Shown piece by piece: positions 1 through 8,861 of a stretch of DNA of 64,000 nt (position 1 is its first letter; each line of letters opens with the position of its first letter). The stretch comes from an uncultured Armatimonadetes bacterium (lineage in GTDB: Bacteria > Armatimonadota > UBA5829 > DTJY01). Made by a program: the position numbers and the translations under genes. The stretch is taken from the NCBI GenBank assembly GCA_963717145.1, contig OY970325.1:2944001-3008000 (forward strand), read 5' to 3'. The notes beneath the pieces are model-generated. The model saw only the letters and a program-made list of their open reading frames with translations, was not told the DNA's origin and did no database searches.

Positions 1-700
1 CCACTTGGATCCCGGATGGGTCAGCGCCGACGTACCGCGCAGGGTAATCGGACACGTTCTGGAGCACGCTTTGGAACGAAAACTGCCACATGGCGTTACC
101 TTCCGATCCAATGCAGGTGACTTCCCCGACACTTTTTGCGACTACGGCTGCCGTCTTGTCCGCCGTTGACTTTGCGTCCTCCAGCGCTTTGGCTCGCGCC
201 TGAGCGACGGCCTCTTCCGGTTTGAGCAGGCCATATACGACCAGACTACCGGAAAGGCCGCGGTACGAATACGGGTCGTTCGTCTCCATCGACGCACCGG
301 CTCTGATCGCCGCGTCGATGATGTCAAGCGCGGCCTTCGGATCGGGAGCGATGGTTATCCTCATCTGCTTGACGATCTCCGGCCGAGGCGCTTCATCCGA
401 CGAATACGGCGATCCTTTCTGGCCGACCTGGACGTCGGTCACCACGATGTCCTTGGTTCCGGGCTGCTTGGCCTTGATCGCCTTCTCGACGTCATCGATC
501 TTCTTCTGGACGCTCTGGGCGGCGTCCGCCATGAGGACACCGTCACCTTTCACGAGAAGGGTGACATAGGCCACGTCCGGCTTGGCGGTCACCTTGCCGA
601 TCCCCATGACGGTGATAGTGTCCTTGGCGCAGTCCTGCGCCCACGCCCCACTTGCCAGAACTGCGATTGCTGCCAGTACTACGAACGCTTTGCTTCTCAT
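1..700 (-). CDS. SIMPL (DUF541) domain secreted protein, 3' end outside window
   Basis: Manual translation from ATG 700: signal peptide MRSKAFVVLAAIAVLASGAWA, then TITVMGIGKVTAKPDVAYVTL and ARAKALEDAKSTA, typical of SIMPL. Not in the ORF track because it runs off the left edge. Confidence 0.8.
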   Translation of the reverse strand, partial: MRSKAFVVLAAIAVLASGAWAQDCAKDTITVMGIGKVTAKPDVAYVTLLVKGDGVLMADAAQSVQKKIDDVEKAIKAKQPGTKDIVVTDVQVGQKGSPYSSDEAPRPEIVKQMRITIAPDPKAALDIIDAAIRAGASMETNDPYSYRGLSGSLVVYGLLKPEEAVAQARAKALEDAKSTADKTAAVVAKSVGEVTCIGSEGNAMWQFSFQSVLQNVSDYPARYVGADPSGIQV

Positions 701-754
701 TTCCCTTTCTCCTTTGCCTAGTGCTGCCCTGTCATCTAGACAGGACGCTAGTTC

Positions 755-1732
755 CTACGCGTGCCAAGCTTCAATGCGCTTGGAGGTGAGTTCCTGGCCT
801 GGAATGACAACTTCACCAGAGCTGGAAAACCCCTCGCAGTGAAGCTCATATCGTACGAGATGATCGTTGCACGGGGTTTCGATGCCAACGTTGATCACGG
901 CCATGAGCACTTCTAGTTCAGTCCCGGGGTAGATGACCTCGTGCGCACCTCCCAAGTGCCACTCCTTTCCATCCTCTCTGGAGGCGTGTGGCGTAGCGCG
1001 TTCGAAGGTGGGCCTCTTCCCTCGATGAGTCGTGCATAAGGCACGGAAGTCTGAGGTAAACAACGCAAGGGCAGGATACCGGGCTAGCCCCCGTCCCGAG
1101 TTGCGTATACCGAGACTTACGAGCAGTTCGCCTCCATTCAAGGCTGGTGCCGATGGGATCATTCGCTCACCGAACACTCTGTATGCAAGCTGAAGTCTCG
1201 GTTGAGGGCGGCGCTGGAACCGATCAGCTACCATGAAATGCTCCATCCTTCGGAAAGAGCTGCCTGTTCGATAATAGTAGCGGTACTGGTCTGCGTTCCC
1301 AATAGCCATATGTGGGCCGCCCTCGCTTCTCGGAACATAGGTAACAGCGTAGCCCATATCGTCAAGCCCCTCACACAACACTTTGTGATGCTCGACGCCT
1401 GTAACACCGGGGTTGACGATCTGCGCAGTATGCCTGCCCAAGTCCCCCATGAAACGCCTCAGACCCTGTATCGGCCCAAGCTTGCAAGCAACATCTTCGC
1501 CGGTCTGCGGGTTCAAGCGACCATCAACGCCCCACACAATGACTCCACCTTCGGAGTTGGCGAAACCGCTCAGCGCCTCGGCAAGGGAAAGCCTGTCGTC
1601 CTTTGTCATGGGCGATCGGGCCAGTTTGAAGTCCAGGAACAGGTTCTCCTCTTCCTTTTCCTCGACCAGGCGGGTGACCTCACTCTCGCCATCGGACACG
1701 AATCGCTCGAAGACGGTTCTCGCATTGCTCAA
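755..1732 (-). CDS. AlbA_2/Schlafen-like domain protein
   Basis: EEENLFLDFK...LAEALSGFANSEGGVIVWGVD motif. Likely start TTG 1732 after a GGAGGGGAG RBS; the ORF is open to 1822. Confidence 0.8.
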   Translation of the reverse strand: MSNARTVFERFVSDGESEVTRLVEEKEEENLFLDFKLARSPMTKDDRLSLAEALSGFANSEGGVIVWGVDGRLNPQTGEDVACKLGPIQGLRRFMGDLGRHTAQIVNPGVTGVEHHKVLCEGLDDMGYAVTYVPRSEGGPHMAIGNADQYRYYYRTGSSFRRMEHFMVADRFQRRPQPRLQLAYRVFGERMIPSAPALNGGELLVSLGIRNSGRGLARYPALALFTSDFRALCTTHRGKRPTFERATPHASREDGKEWHLGGAHEVIYPGTELEVLMAVINVGIETPCNDHLVRYELHCEGFSSSGEVVIPGQELTSKRIEAWHA

Positions 1733-1787
1733 TGCTCCAGCTCTCCCCTCCACCTCGTTGATGTTGCCGTCCCTGTCGTAATGGAGA

Positions 1788-2237
1788 TCATTGGCCCTCC
1801 TTTGCCGCAAGTTCGACCACACTCAGTAGCCCCAATTCCTCGACCTCCTTAGGCCAGTTACCCGTGGTATGGAGTTCCAGCAAGGCTCTGTAGAATGTGC
1901 GATATATTTTGGCAGGTGCGAGAAAGAGAAGTGTGCCCTTGTTGCGATCGAGAGAGTTGTACCGTAGCTGGTATTCCAGCCTAGTGAGCTCAAGGGCGTG
2001 TTGGGAAATCCTATCCTTGAGCCGTTCATCCGCATCTCTTGCAGCTCGCGACATGCCGACAGCCATGTTGACAACCGAGCCGAAAAGGCCGACCATGCCG
2101 CCGATCGCCACTCCCACAATCCCGGCGGTGGTAGCGGAATCAGCAACAGGCAGCGCATAGAAGACAAAACCGGCAACTACACCCAGTAGCACCAGCCCGG
2201 ACAGTACCACAAACAGAACGGTCTTGCCTACGGTCAT
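1788..2237 (-). CDS. hypothetical membrane protein (2 TM)
   Basis: 149-aa ORF with AGGAGG RBS and two hydrophobic N-terminal segments. Confidence 0.65.
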   Translation of the reverse strand: MTVGKTVLFVVLSGLVLLGVVAGFVFYALPVADSATTAGIVGVAIGGMVGLFGSVVNMAVGMSRAARDADERLKDRISQHALELTRLEYQLRYNSLDRNKGTLLFLAPAKIYRTFYRALLELHTTGNWPKEVEELGLLSVVELAAKEGQ

Positions 2238-2296
2238 TGCTTCTTCCTCCTATTCTAATGAGTTTCTAAGAACACTCTGGTACTCAGCGGCCCTAG

Positions 2297-2382
2297 GCGA
2301 CGTGGGCGAGGACTATGTCCTCGACGCCTTCGAGGTCCGCGATCGTGCAGGCCGGCTTGAGGATGCGGTCGTAGGCGCGGGC
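2297..2382 (-). repeat. 86-bp duplicate of comM 3' region (matches 3061-3146)
   Basis: Direct alignment shows 3 mismatches in 86 bp, with degenerate similarity extending about 20 bp further. Confidence 0.95.
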
Positions 2383-2384
2383 AC

Positions 2385-2582
2385 TCAACTCACTATGGCA
2401 TACTCGACCGAACGTGGATTCTCCATCCGCTCGGAGGCATCGAGGATCTCCATTCCGACGATGTTGCCGTCCTTGTCGTAATCGAGAATGATGCCGGGCT
2501 TCTCCTCATCGCTCTCCTCGACCGGCGCATTGCTCAACGTGATTCGCAGGATATCGACTTCAGGGTCGTAGACTATTCTCAT
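2385..2582 (-). CDS. DUF2283 domain protein (putative antitoxin-like)
   Basis: [14 protein letters not shown]...[21 protein letters not shown] signature. Confidence 0.9.
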   Translation of the reverse strand: MRIVYDPEVDILRITLSNAPVEESDEEKPGIILDYDKDGNIVGMEILDASERMENPRSVEYAIVS

Positions 2583-2596
2583 GCCTACGTCCGTTC

Positions 2597-2812
2597 TTAG
2601 GCGGCGACATCGACCCGTTCCGCGTCGGCCTTCGGTTCGGGGACGGGCAGGCCCTCTTCACGCATGCCTTCGATATGGAACTCGATCGCTTCACGGATGA
2701 GAGAGGATACTTCTTGCCTTGAGTCAGCGGCGGCGACGCATCCCGGCAGGTCCGGGACGTAGGCGCTCCAACTGTCGCCCTCATGCTCATATACGACCAG
2801 ATAATTCTTCAC
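2597..2812 (-). CDS. hicB: HicB family antitoxin
   Basis: YLVVYE...WSAYVPDLPGCVAAADS...IREAIEFHIEG...PVPEP. Confidence 0.9.
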   Translation of the reverse strand: MKNYLVVYEHEGDSWSAYVPDLPGCVAAADSRQEVSSLIREAIEFHIEGMREEGLPVPEPKADAERVDVAA

Positions 2813-3003
2813 TTTCCGTCTCCTATCTGAGCCTGTCGCCAGATACTGCGCTGGGTTTCAGGGTGCATGTCCTTGCTCGGATGACCGGCGATGGTAACCA
2901 CTCCGGGCTTCGTGGGATGTCTGAACTGCCGATGACTCCCCCGCATTCTCACCTGATACCAACCGTCATCCTCGATTCGCTTGATCACATCACGCACTTT
3001 CAT
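2809..3003 (-). CDS. hicA: HicA family toxin (mRNA interferase)
   Basis: MKVRDVIKRIEDDGWYQVRMRGSHRQFRHP with the GSH motif; overlaps the hicB start. Confidence 0.9.
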   Translation of the reverse strand: MKVRDVIKRIEDDGWYQVRMRGSHRQFRHPTKPGVVTIAGHPSKDMHPETQRSIWRQAQIGDGK

Positions 3004-3014
3004 TATAGCACGTC

Positions 3015-4556
3015 CTATCCCCACAGCTTCCTGTCCAGTGACCGGTACTGGACCGCCTCCGCGACGTGGGCGAGGACTATGTCCTCGACGCCTTCGAGGT
3101 CCGCGATCGTGCGGGCGAGCTTGAGGATGCGGTCGTAGGCGCGGGCGGAGAGGTTGAGCTGATTGATCGCCGTTTTGAGCAGGTCCTTCACGTCGTCGTT
3201 CGGGGCGCAGACCTGGCGGATCTGTTTCGCCCCCATGTGCGCGTTGCAGAAGATCCCGCCTCCGTTGCCCTCGAACCTGAGCCGTTGAGTCTCACGCGCG
3301 CGCTCGACCCGCACCCGGATCGCCTCCGATGTCTCGCCGCTCGCGATGTTCACAAGCTCCTGGTCCTTCAGGCGCGGGACTTCGATGTGGATGTCGATCC
3401 GGTCGAGCAGCGGGCCGGATATCCGCTGGAGGTACTTGTTGATCATCCCCGGGTTGCACGTGCACGGGCGCGTCGGGTCTGAGGCGAATCCGCACGGACA
3501 CGGATTCATCGCGGCGATGAGCATGAACCGCGCGGGATAGGTGAGCGTACCGGCGACTCGGCTGATCGTCACCTGCCCGTCCTCCAGCGGCTGGCGCAGG
3601 ATCTCCAGCACGTCGCGCCTGAACTCGGGCAGTTCGTCGAGGAACAGCACGCCGTGGTGCGCGAGGCTGACCTCGCCCGGCTGAGGATAGGTCCCGCCGC
3701 CGCTGAGTCCGGCGTTCGAGATCGTGTGGTGCGGCGAGCGGAACGGGCGCGTGGTGACGAGCGCCGCGCTCGAATCGAGCCGGCCACTCACGCTGAAGAG
3801 TTTCGTCGTTTCCAGCGCCTCATCGAGGTTCATCGGCGGGAGGATGCCGGGAATCCGTCGGGCGAGCATCGTCTTGCCGCTCCCGGGAGGGCCGATCATC
3901 AGGATGTTATGTCCACCGGCGGCGGCGACTTCGAGCGCGCGCTTGACGTGCTCCTGGCCCTTCACGTCGGCGAAATCGAGGTCGTAGTGCGGCCGATCGA
4001 GCGCGAAACTGGCGACATCGACGTGCGCCGGCTCCTTGCTCCCGATGTCCTCCATCAGGTCCATCACGTCGGTGAGCGATGCGACCGGGTAGACGCTGAT
4101 CCCATCGACGACGGCGGCCTCACGGGTATTCTCGTCGGGGACGATTAGGTACTTCTTGCCGTTATCCCTCGCGGCGAGCGCCATCGGGAGGACGCCGTGC
4201 ACCGAGCGGACCGTCCCATCGAGCGAGAGTTCGCCGACGACCATCATGTCGTCGAGGAACTCCCGGGAGACCTGACCGCTCGCGGCGAGGATTCCGACCG
4301 CGATAGGGAGGTCATAGATCGGGCCGACCTTCTTGATGTCAGCGGGCGCGAGGTTGATGGTGATGCGCTTGCTCCAGGGGAATTCGTAGCCGGTATTGCG
4401 GATGGCGGCTCGGACCCGCTCGCCGGATTCCTTCACGGCGGCGTCCGGGAGGCCCACGACGGTGAAGGAGGACATCCCGATGGCGACATCGACCTCGACC
4501 TCGACGACATAGGCGTCTACGCCCAGGATTGCGCTGGAATCGACTCGAACGAGCAT
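3015..4556 (-). CDS. comM: YifB/ComM Mg-chelatase-like AAA+ ATPase
   Basis: [75 protein letters not shown]. Confidence 0.95.
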   Translation of the reverse strand: MLVRVDSSAILGVDAYVVEVEVDVAIGMSSFTVVGLPDAAVKESGERVRAAIRNTGYEFPWSKRITINLAPADIKKVGPIYDLPIAVGILAASGQVSREFLDDMMVVGELSLDGTVRSVHGVLPMALAARDNGKKYLIVPDENTREAAVVDGISVYPVASLTDVMDLMEDIGSKEPAHVDVASFALDRPHYDLDFADVKGQEHVKRALEVAAAGGHNILMIGPPGSGKTMLARRIPGILPPMNLDEALETTKLFSVSGRLDSSAALVTTRPFRSPHHTISNAGLSGGGTYPQPGEVSLAHHGVLFLDELPEFRRDVLEILRQPLEDGQVTISRVAGTLTYPARFMLIAAMNPCPCGFASDPTRPCTCNPGMINKYLQRISGPLLDRIDIHIEVPRLKDQELVNIASGETSEAIRVRVERARETQRLRFEGNGGGIFCNAHMGAKQIRQVCAPNDDVKDLLKTAINQLNLSARAYDRILKLARTIADLEGVEDIVLAHVAEAVQYRSLDRKLWG

Positions 4557-4686
4557 GGCAGGCCACCTCTCGAGGATATGGTTAATGGTTGATGGTGGAT
4601 GGTCAATGGAGACCCGTGCGCCCACCGATCACCGTTCACTACCGGCGCCCCGATGATGCTGGGACGGATGCCGTCTATCGAGGGGT

Positions 4687-4715
4687 ATTATAGCAGGCGT
4701 CGTGTCGATAGACAA
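4687..4715 (-). promoter_or_regulatory. sigma70-like promoter upstream of comM
   Basis: Minus strand TTGTCT-17 nt-TATAAT with TG extended -10. Confidence 0.55.
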
Positions 4716-4732
4716 GGGGCGGGGGCGGAGTG

Positions 4733-4823
4733 AGGGAGTATGGGAGTATCGGAGTGTGGGAGTACGGGAGTGTGGGAGTGTGGGAGTACGGGAGTGTGGG
4801 AGTGTGGGAGTACGGGAGTGGGA
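4733..4823. repeat. 8-bp tandem repeat (GGGAGTGT/GGGAGTAC)
   Basis: About 11 imperfect copies, intergenic. Confidence 0.9.
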
Positions 4824-4879
4824 GAAAGAGCGCTGTGAGAGAGGGTGACTCCCACAGCGCTCTTTGAGATGTTGCGCGT

Positions 4880-5599
4880 CTAGAGGCCGGGAGGAGGGGG
4901 AGGGCCGTCGCCGCCGCCTCCACCGCCGTCGGGATTGACGACCGTGAGTGTCCGCTCGGCGGAGATCATGTGACCGTCAGCCAATCGGACCATCGCCCGC
5001 AGGTGTATGGTCGAACCGACCGCCCCGGGTGAAAGGGTGAAGGAGTAGCCTCCATTCGTGACCTGGCCCGCAGCGCCTGAGACCGTCCAGACCGCCCGGT
5101 ATGGCTCCCGGACATTCCCCTCGCTGAGGTTCACTCGTACCATAAAGACCGGAGAGGAACCGACCGTCACCTCTGTATCGGGAGGCACAATACTCAGGGT
5201 AGGAGCTTGACCGCCGGTTGGGGGCGGGGGCGGCGTATCGGTCGTAAAGACGATATCCATAGGCGTGAATCCGCTGCCGTTCGGAACGCCTACACGGACA
5301 TTGTCATAGGACAGAGTCGTGTCGTTTACGAGGACGGTCATGCTGAAATCTGTTCCCACAGGCACGTCCTGAAGGGTGTAGAAGCCGCCACCTGCCGTGA
5401 CCGCTGATATGATGGCTCGGGACCCCGTATCGACCTCTATGACGGCGCCGACAATGCCGACTCCAGCGCCATCCACGACCTGGCCCTTCACATCGGTCGT
5501 GAGGGTGACTCCGCCGCCACCTCCTCCTCCGCCACCACATCCGGCGAGGGCAACGATCAGGCCCACCGCCAGGATAGCGAGAAGGTATCTTGCTCTCAT
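4880..5599 (-). CDS. lipoprotein with poly-Gly linker, carboxypeptidase-regulatory-like and Ig-like domains
   Basis: Lipobox LAGC followed by a Gly run; GQVVDGAG...IVGAVI...TAGGGFYTLQDVPVG. Confidence 0.75.
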   Translation of the reverse strand: MRARYLLAILAVGLIVALAGCGGGGGGGGGVTLTTDVKGQVVDGAGVGIVGAVIEVDTGSRAIISAVTAGGGFYTLQDVPVGTDFSMTVLVNDTTLSYDNVRVGVPNGSGFTPMDIVFTTDTPPPPPTGGQAPTLSIVPPDTEVTVGSSPVFMVRVNLSEGNVREPYRAVWTVSGAAGQVTNGGYSFTLSPGAVGSTIHLRAMVRLADGHMISAERTLTVVNPDGGGGGGDGPPPPPGL

Positions 5600-5624
5600 A
5601 ATGGTACTTCCTTTCGCGAAAAAG

Positions 5625-5705
5625 CAGTCTTCAGTCGTCAGTTATCAGTTATCAGTCCGGACCGATCACTGTTCACCGATCACCGATTACCGATCACTGA
5701 TAACT
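5625..5705. repeat. inverted heptamer array hairpin (CAGTTAT / ACTGATA type)
   Basis: cagttatcagttatcagt-ccgg-accgatcact...actgataact. Confidence 0.75.
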
Positions 5706-6784
5706 CAGATCCTTATCGGATACTCGCCGAACTCCAGGGTCGCTTCGACCATCGCTGTGTAGTTCGCGGCGGGCACATAATACGGCACCGTGTTGCTCGA
5801 ACCGACGCAGTAGCCGCCACCCGGCGCAACGTCCCGGATCAGGCCCTTCGTCTCCTCGATGACCTCCTCGGGCGTTCCCCGCGTGAGAGTATATCCCAGG
5901 TCGAGGTTCCCTATCAGGCAGACTCGGTCGCCGATCTTCTCCTTCAACTCGCGGATGTCCATGCCTTTGGGTTCGATCGGTTGGAGCGCGTTGAAGCCGA
6001 TGTCATCGAGCAAATCGGGCATAACCTGCCAAAGATCACCGTCGGAATGATACATATATGGGACGCCCATCTTCCGCGCAAGGTTCCCTATCCGCTTGAA
6101 CCACGGGAAGACGTGTTCTCGCAGGAAAGCCGGCGATACCATCAGCCCCTCCGTGTATGCGATGTCGTCCGATATCCAGAGAGCACCGATGTTCTCCTGC
6201 TCGGCGATCACCTCGAAGATGTCGTATATGACCTGGCCGGTCTTATTCATCATCTCCTCGACGAGTTCCGGCTCATCGACCATCTTCCAGGAGAGCGTCT
6301 CGAAGCCGCCCATGAGGCTCCATCCCTGGGTGAAGATGTCGCCCTGGTGGCCGATGAGCTTCATCCCGTCGGGGAGCAGGTCGTTCGCCTTCTGATAGAT
6401 CGAGAAGTCGACATCCTCGACATCCATCCAGGGGTAGGTCTCGAACTCCTCCATCGAGGTGATGACGCCCGCGCCCTCGGTGGCGTATCGGATCTGGACC
6501 TCGTTGTCGGTATTCGCGCTGAACTGGCCGGATGCCGAGCGGATTCCCTCCTTCGGCACGCGCTTCTCGGGGTTCCAGTCGTAGAGCGGCGTGACCTTGA
6601 GGTAGTCGTAGCCGGCCCTCTCGAAGAACTTCACGGCATCGTCGAAGCACGTCACGGGCGCGCCCATGAAGCCGGACATCACCTCGTAGCTGATGCCAAG
6701 TTCCGCGAGCGGGACTCGGTCGGGCTCACCGGCACAGGTAAGCGCGGTTAGCAGGCGTTCGAAATCGGGTTTCGGTTCGATCAT
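5705..6784 (-). CDS. uroporphyrinogen decarboxylase (UroD/MtaA-like) family protein
   Basis: EPDRVP, SDDIAYTEGLMVSP, YHSDG, IGNLD, GTPEEV, PGGGYCVGSSN. Confidence 0.85.
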   Translation of the reverse strand: MIEPKPDFERLLTALTCAGEPDRVPLAELGISYEVMSGFMGAPVTCFDDAVKFFERAGYDYLKVTPLYDWNPEKRVPKEGIRSASGQFSANTDNEVQIRYATEGAGVITSMEEFETYPWMDVEDVDFSIYQKANDLLPDGMKLIGHQGDIFTQGWSLMGGFETLSWKMVDEPELVEEMMNKTGQVIYDIFEVIAEQENIGALWISDDIAYTEGLMVSPAFLREHVFPWFKRIGNLARKMGVPYMYHSDGDLWQVMPDLLDDIGFNALQPIEPKGMDIRELKEKIGDRVCLIGNLDLGYTLTRGTPEEVIEETKGLIRDVAPGGGYCVGSSNTVPYYVPAANYTAMVEATLEFGEYPIRI

Positions 6785-6810
6785 CGTTTCCTCCAGGTCG
6801 TTGTCCCCCA

Positions 6811-6922
6811 CCGTCAGTCCTGAGTTCGCCGGTGAATGACGGCGTGTAACGAAGGACGGCCTGGGCAGTACCACAAGGCCGTCCTTCGTTACACGCCGTC
6901 ATTCACCGGCGAACTCAGGACT
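6811..6922. repeat. ~110-bp palindromic element (CCGTCAGTCCTGAG family), copy 1
   Basis: Long inverted repeat; homologous copy at 8730-8843 and a half copy at 46001-46046. Confidence 0.9.
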
Positions 6923-8702
6923 AGCGGTTCTTCTCTTTGTAAAGCCGCTCAAACTCATCCACAAATCCCGCCAGGACATCGACGCCCCCCTGCCAGAAGG
7001 CTCGGTCGCAGATGTCGATCCCAACGCGGCAAAGCATTTCTGCCGGCTTCATCGAGCCGCCCGTCCTCAGCAGGTCGATATACGTCGGAGGGAACTTGTC
7101 CCCTTCCCGCTTGTACATCGCGTAGAGCGACATCACGAGCAGCTCGCCGAACGTGTAGGCGTAGACGTAGAACGGCGAGTTGATGAAGTGCGGCACGTAC
7201 ATCCACCAGCACTTGTGCTCATCCCCAAGTTCCACCGAGTCACCGAACATCTCCTGCTGGAGTCGCTGCCAGAGTTCGCTGTACTCCTCGACCGTCAGTT
7301 CGCCCTTCTCGCGCCGTCTATTGTGGATCGCCTGCTCGAACCGGTACATCGCGGCCTGACGGAAGATGGTCGCGAAGGCGCCCTCGATCTTCTCCGCATA
7401 GAGGGCGAGCTTGTCATCGAGGTCCGCGTGCTCGATGAGCGACTCGAATACGAGCATCTCGCCGAAGGTGCTCGCGAGTTCGGCGACGGGAAGCACCGAT
7501 GAGAAGTTGAAGTAGGTCTGCTCATGTGCAAGGTCGGCATGCACCCCATGGCCCAACTCGTGGCCGAGCGTCATCACGTCGTCCATGCGGTCGAGGTAGT
7601 TCACGAGGACATACGGATGCAGGTCCGGCGTGACGTAGGAGCAGAATGCCCCACCCCGCTTGCCTTTTCTTGGTTCCGCGTCGATCCATCCGTTGGTGAA
7701 GAACTCCTCCGCCGAATCGGCGATGACAGGGCTGAACTTGCCGAATGAGGAGAGGATGATCTCCTTCGCACGGTCGAACGGCACGTTTTCCTTCGTCTCG
7801 AAGAGTGGCGCATATCGGTCGTAGTGCGTCAACTTGTCGTAGCCCAGGATCGCGCGCTTGAGGCGATAGTACCGCGCGACGAGTGAGTAGCTCTCCTGCG
7901 CGGTCTTCACGACGAGTTCGACGGTGTGCGGATCGAGTTCGTTCGAGAGATGCCTCGCCTGTTCGGGGAACTCGTACTTCCGCAGGCGGTCGTCGGTCGC
8001 CTTGTCCTGGATCAGCGTGTTGAAGATGTATGTCAGTGTTCGGGAGTTCGACATCAGGCCGTCGGTGATCGATCCCGCGGCGACTCGGCGGACCTCCCGA
8101 TCGGGTTCTCGCAGAAGCGCGAGGACTTCCGGCAGAGTGACCGACTTCCCGTCGACCGCGAACATCATGTTGGAGGTGGTCTGCTCGAACAGGCGCGTGA
8201 ACGCCCGCCGCCCGGTGTTTGCCTTCTCCTCCAGGACCTTCTCCTCGCACTCGGTCAGCCGATGCTCGCAGAAGAGTCGCTCGGCCCAGATGTAGTGCAG
8301 GTACTCCTCGAGCACCGGATCGCATACCAGTCGAGCCATCTGTTCCTCGGGGACCTCCATCAGCTCCAGCTCGAAGAACATCAGCCGGATCGTGACCTCG
8401 GAGTGGCGCTCCCGCATCTTCTGGTAGAATGCGCCGCGCGCGGGATCGCTCGTGTCCGCCGAGAAGAGCAGCGATGCGTAACTCAGCGGCTTGTCGAGTT
8501 CCTGCAGGATGATCTCGTACTCGACGATCGCGTTCCAAAGCGTCTCGGCGGTCAGATCGGGGTCATTGATCTTGCCCCGATACTGCTCGGCGAATTGATC
8601 CGCGCGCTTGAGTTGCTCCGAAAGCGTTGCCTCGATGCGCGGATCGTCGATCCCGTGATAAAGGTCACGCAAATCCCACGCCGGCGGCTTGTTCACTGTC
8701 AT
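6921..8702 (-). CDS. pepF: M3 family oligoendopeptidase F
   Basis: PAWDLRDLY, WIDAEPRKGKRGGAFC, TLGHELGHGVH (HExxH), AELASTFGE, PHFINSPFYVYAY. Confidence 0.92.
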   Translation of the reverse strand: MTVNKPPAWDLRDLYHGIDDPRIEATLSEQLKRADQFAEQYRGKINDPDLTAETLWNAIVEYEIILQELDKPLSYASLLFSADTSDPARGAFYQKMRERHSEVTIRLMFFELELMEVPEEQMARLVCDPVLEEYLHYIWAERLFCEHRLTECEEKVLEEKANTGRRAFTRLFEQTTSNMMFAVDGKSVTLPEVLALLREPDREVRRVAAGSITDGLMSNSRTLTYIFNTLIQDKATDDRLRKYEFPEQARHLSNELDPHTVELVVKTAQESYSLVARYYRLKRAILGYDKLTHYDRYAPLFETKENVPFDRAKEIILSSFGKFSPVIADSAEEFFTNGWIDAEPRKGKRGGAFCSYVTPDLHPYVLVNYLDRMDDVMTLGHELGHGVHADLAHEQTYFNFSSVLPVAELASTFGEMLVFESLIEHADLDDKLALYAEKIEGAFATIFRQAAMYRFEQAIHNRRREKGELTVEEYSELWQRLQQEMFGDSVELGDEHKCWWMYVPHFINSPFYVYAYTFGELLVMSLYAMYKREGDKFPPTYIDLLRTGGSMKPAEMLCRVGIDICDRAFWQGGVDVLAGFVDEFERLYKEKNR

Positions 8703-8729
8703 TCAATCCTCCTCTTGCAGAAGTCTTCC

Positions 8730-8843
8730 CACCGTCAGTCCTGAGTAGCCGGTGAATGACGGCATAACGAAGGACGGCCTTGGTTGGCAAAAAGGCCGTC
8801 CTTCGTTATGCCGTCATTCACCGGCTACTCAGGACTGACGGTG
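8730..8843. repeat. ~110-bp palindromic element, copy 2
   Basis: caccgtcagtcctgagtagccggtgaatgacggc...gccgtcattcaccggctactcaggactgacggtg. Confidence 0.9.
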
Positions 8844-8861
8844 CGGGCTTCCATTAATACT

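Noticed and set aside
2297-3146. DGR template/variable repeat pair (an Avd-like gene exists at 38920)
   Set aside because: Mismatches are not adenine-specific, no reverse transcriptase is present, and comM is not a plausible DGR target.
5705-6784. Heme-pathway hemE
   Set aside because: It lacks the N-terminal MRQAGR motif and heme gene context; treated as a UroD-superfamily protein of unknown function.
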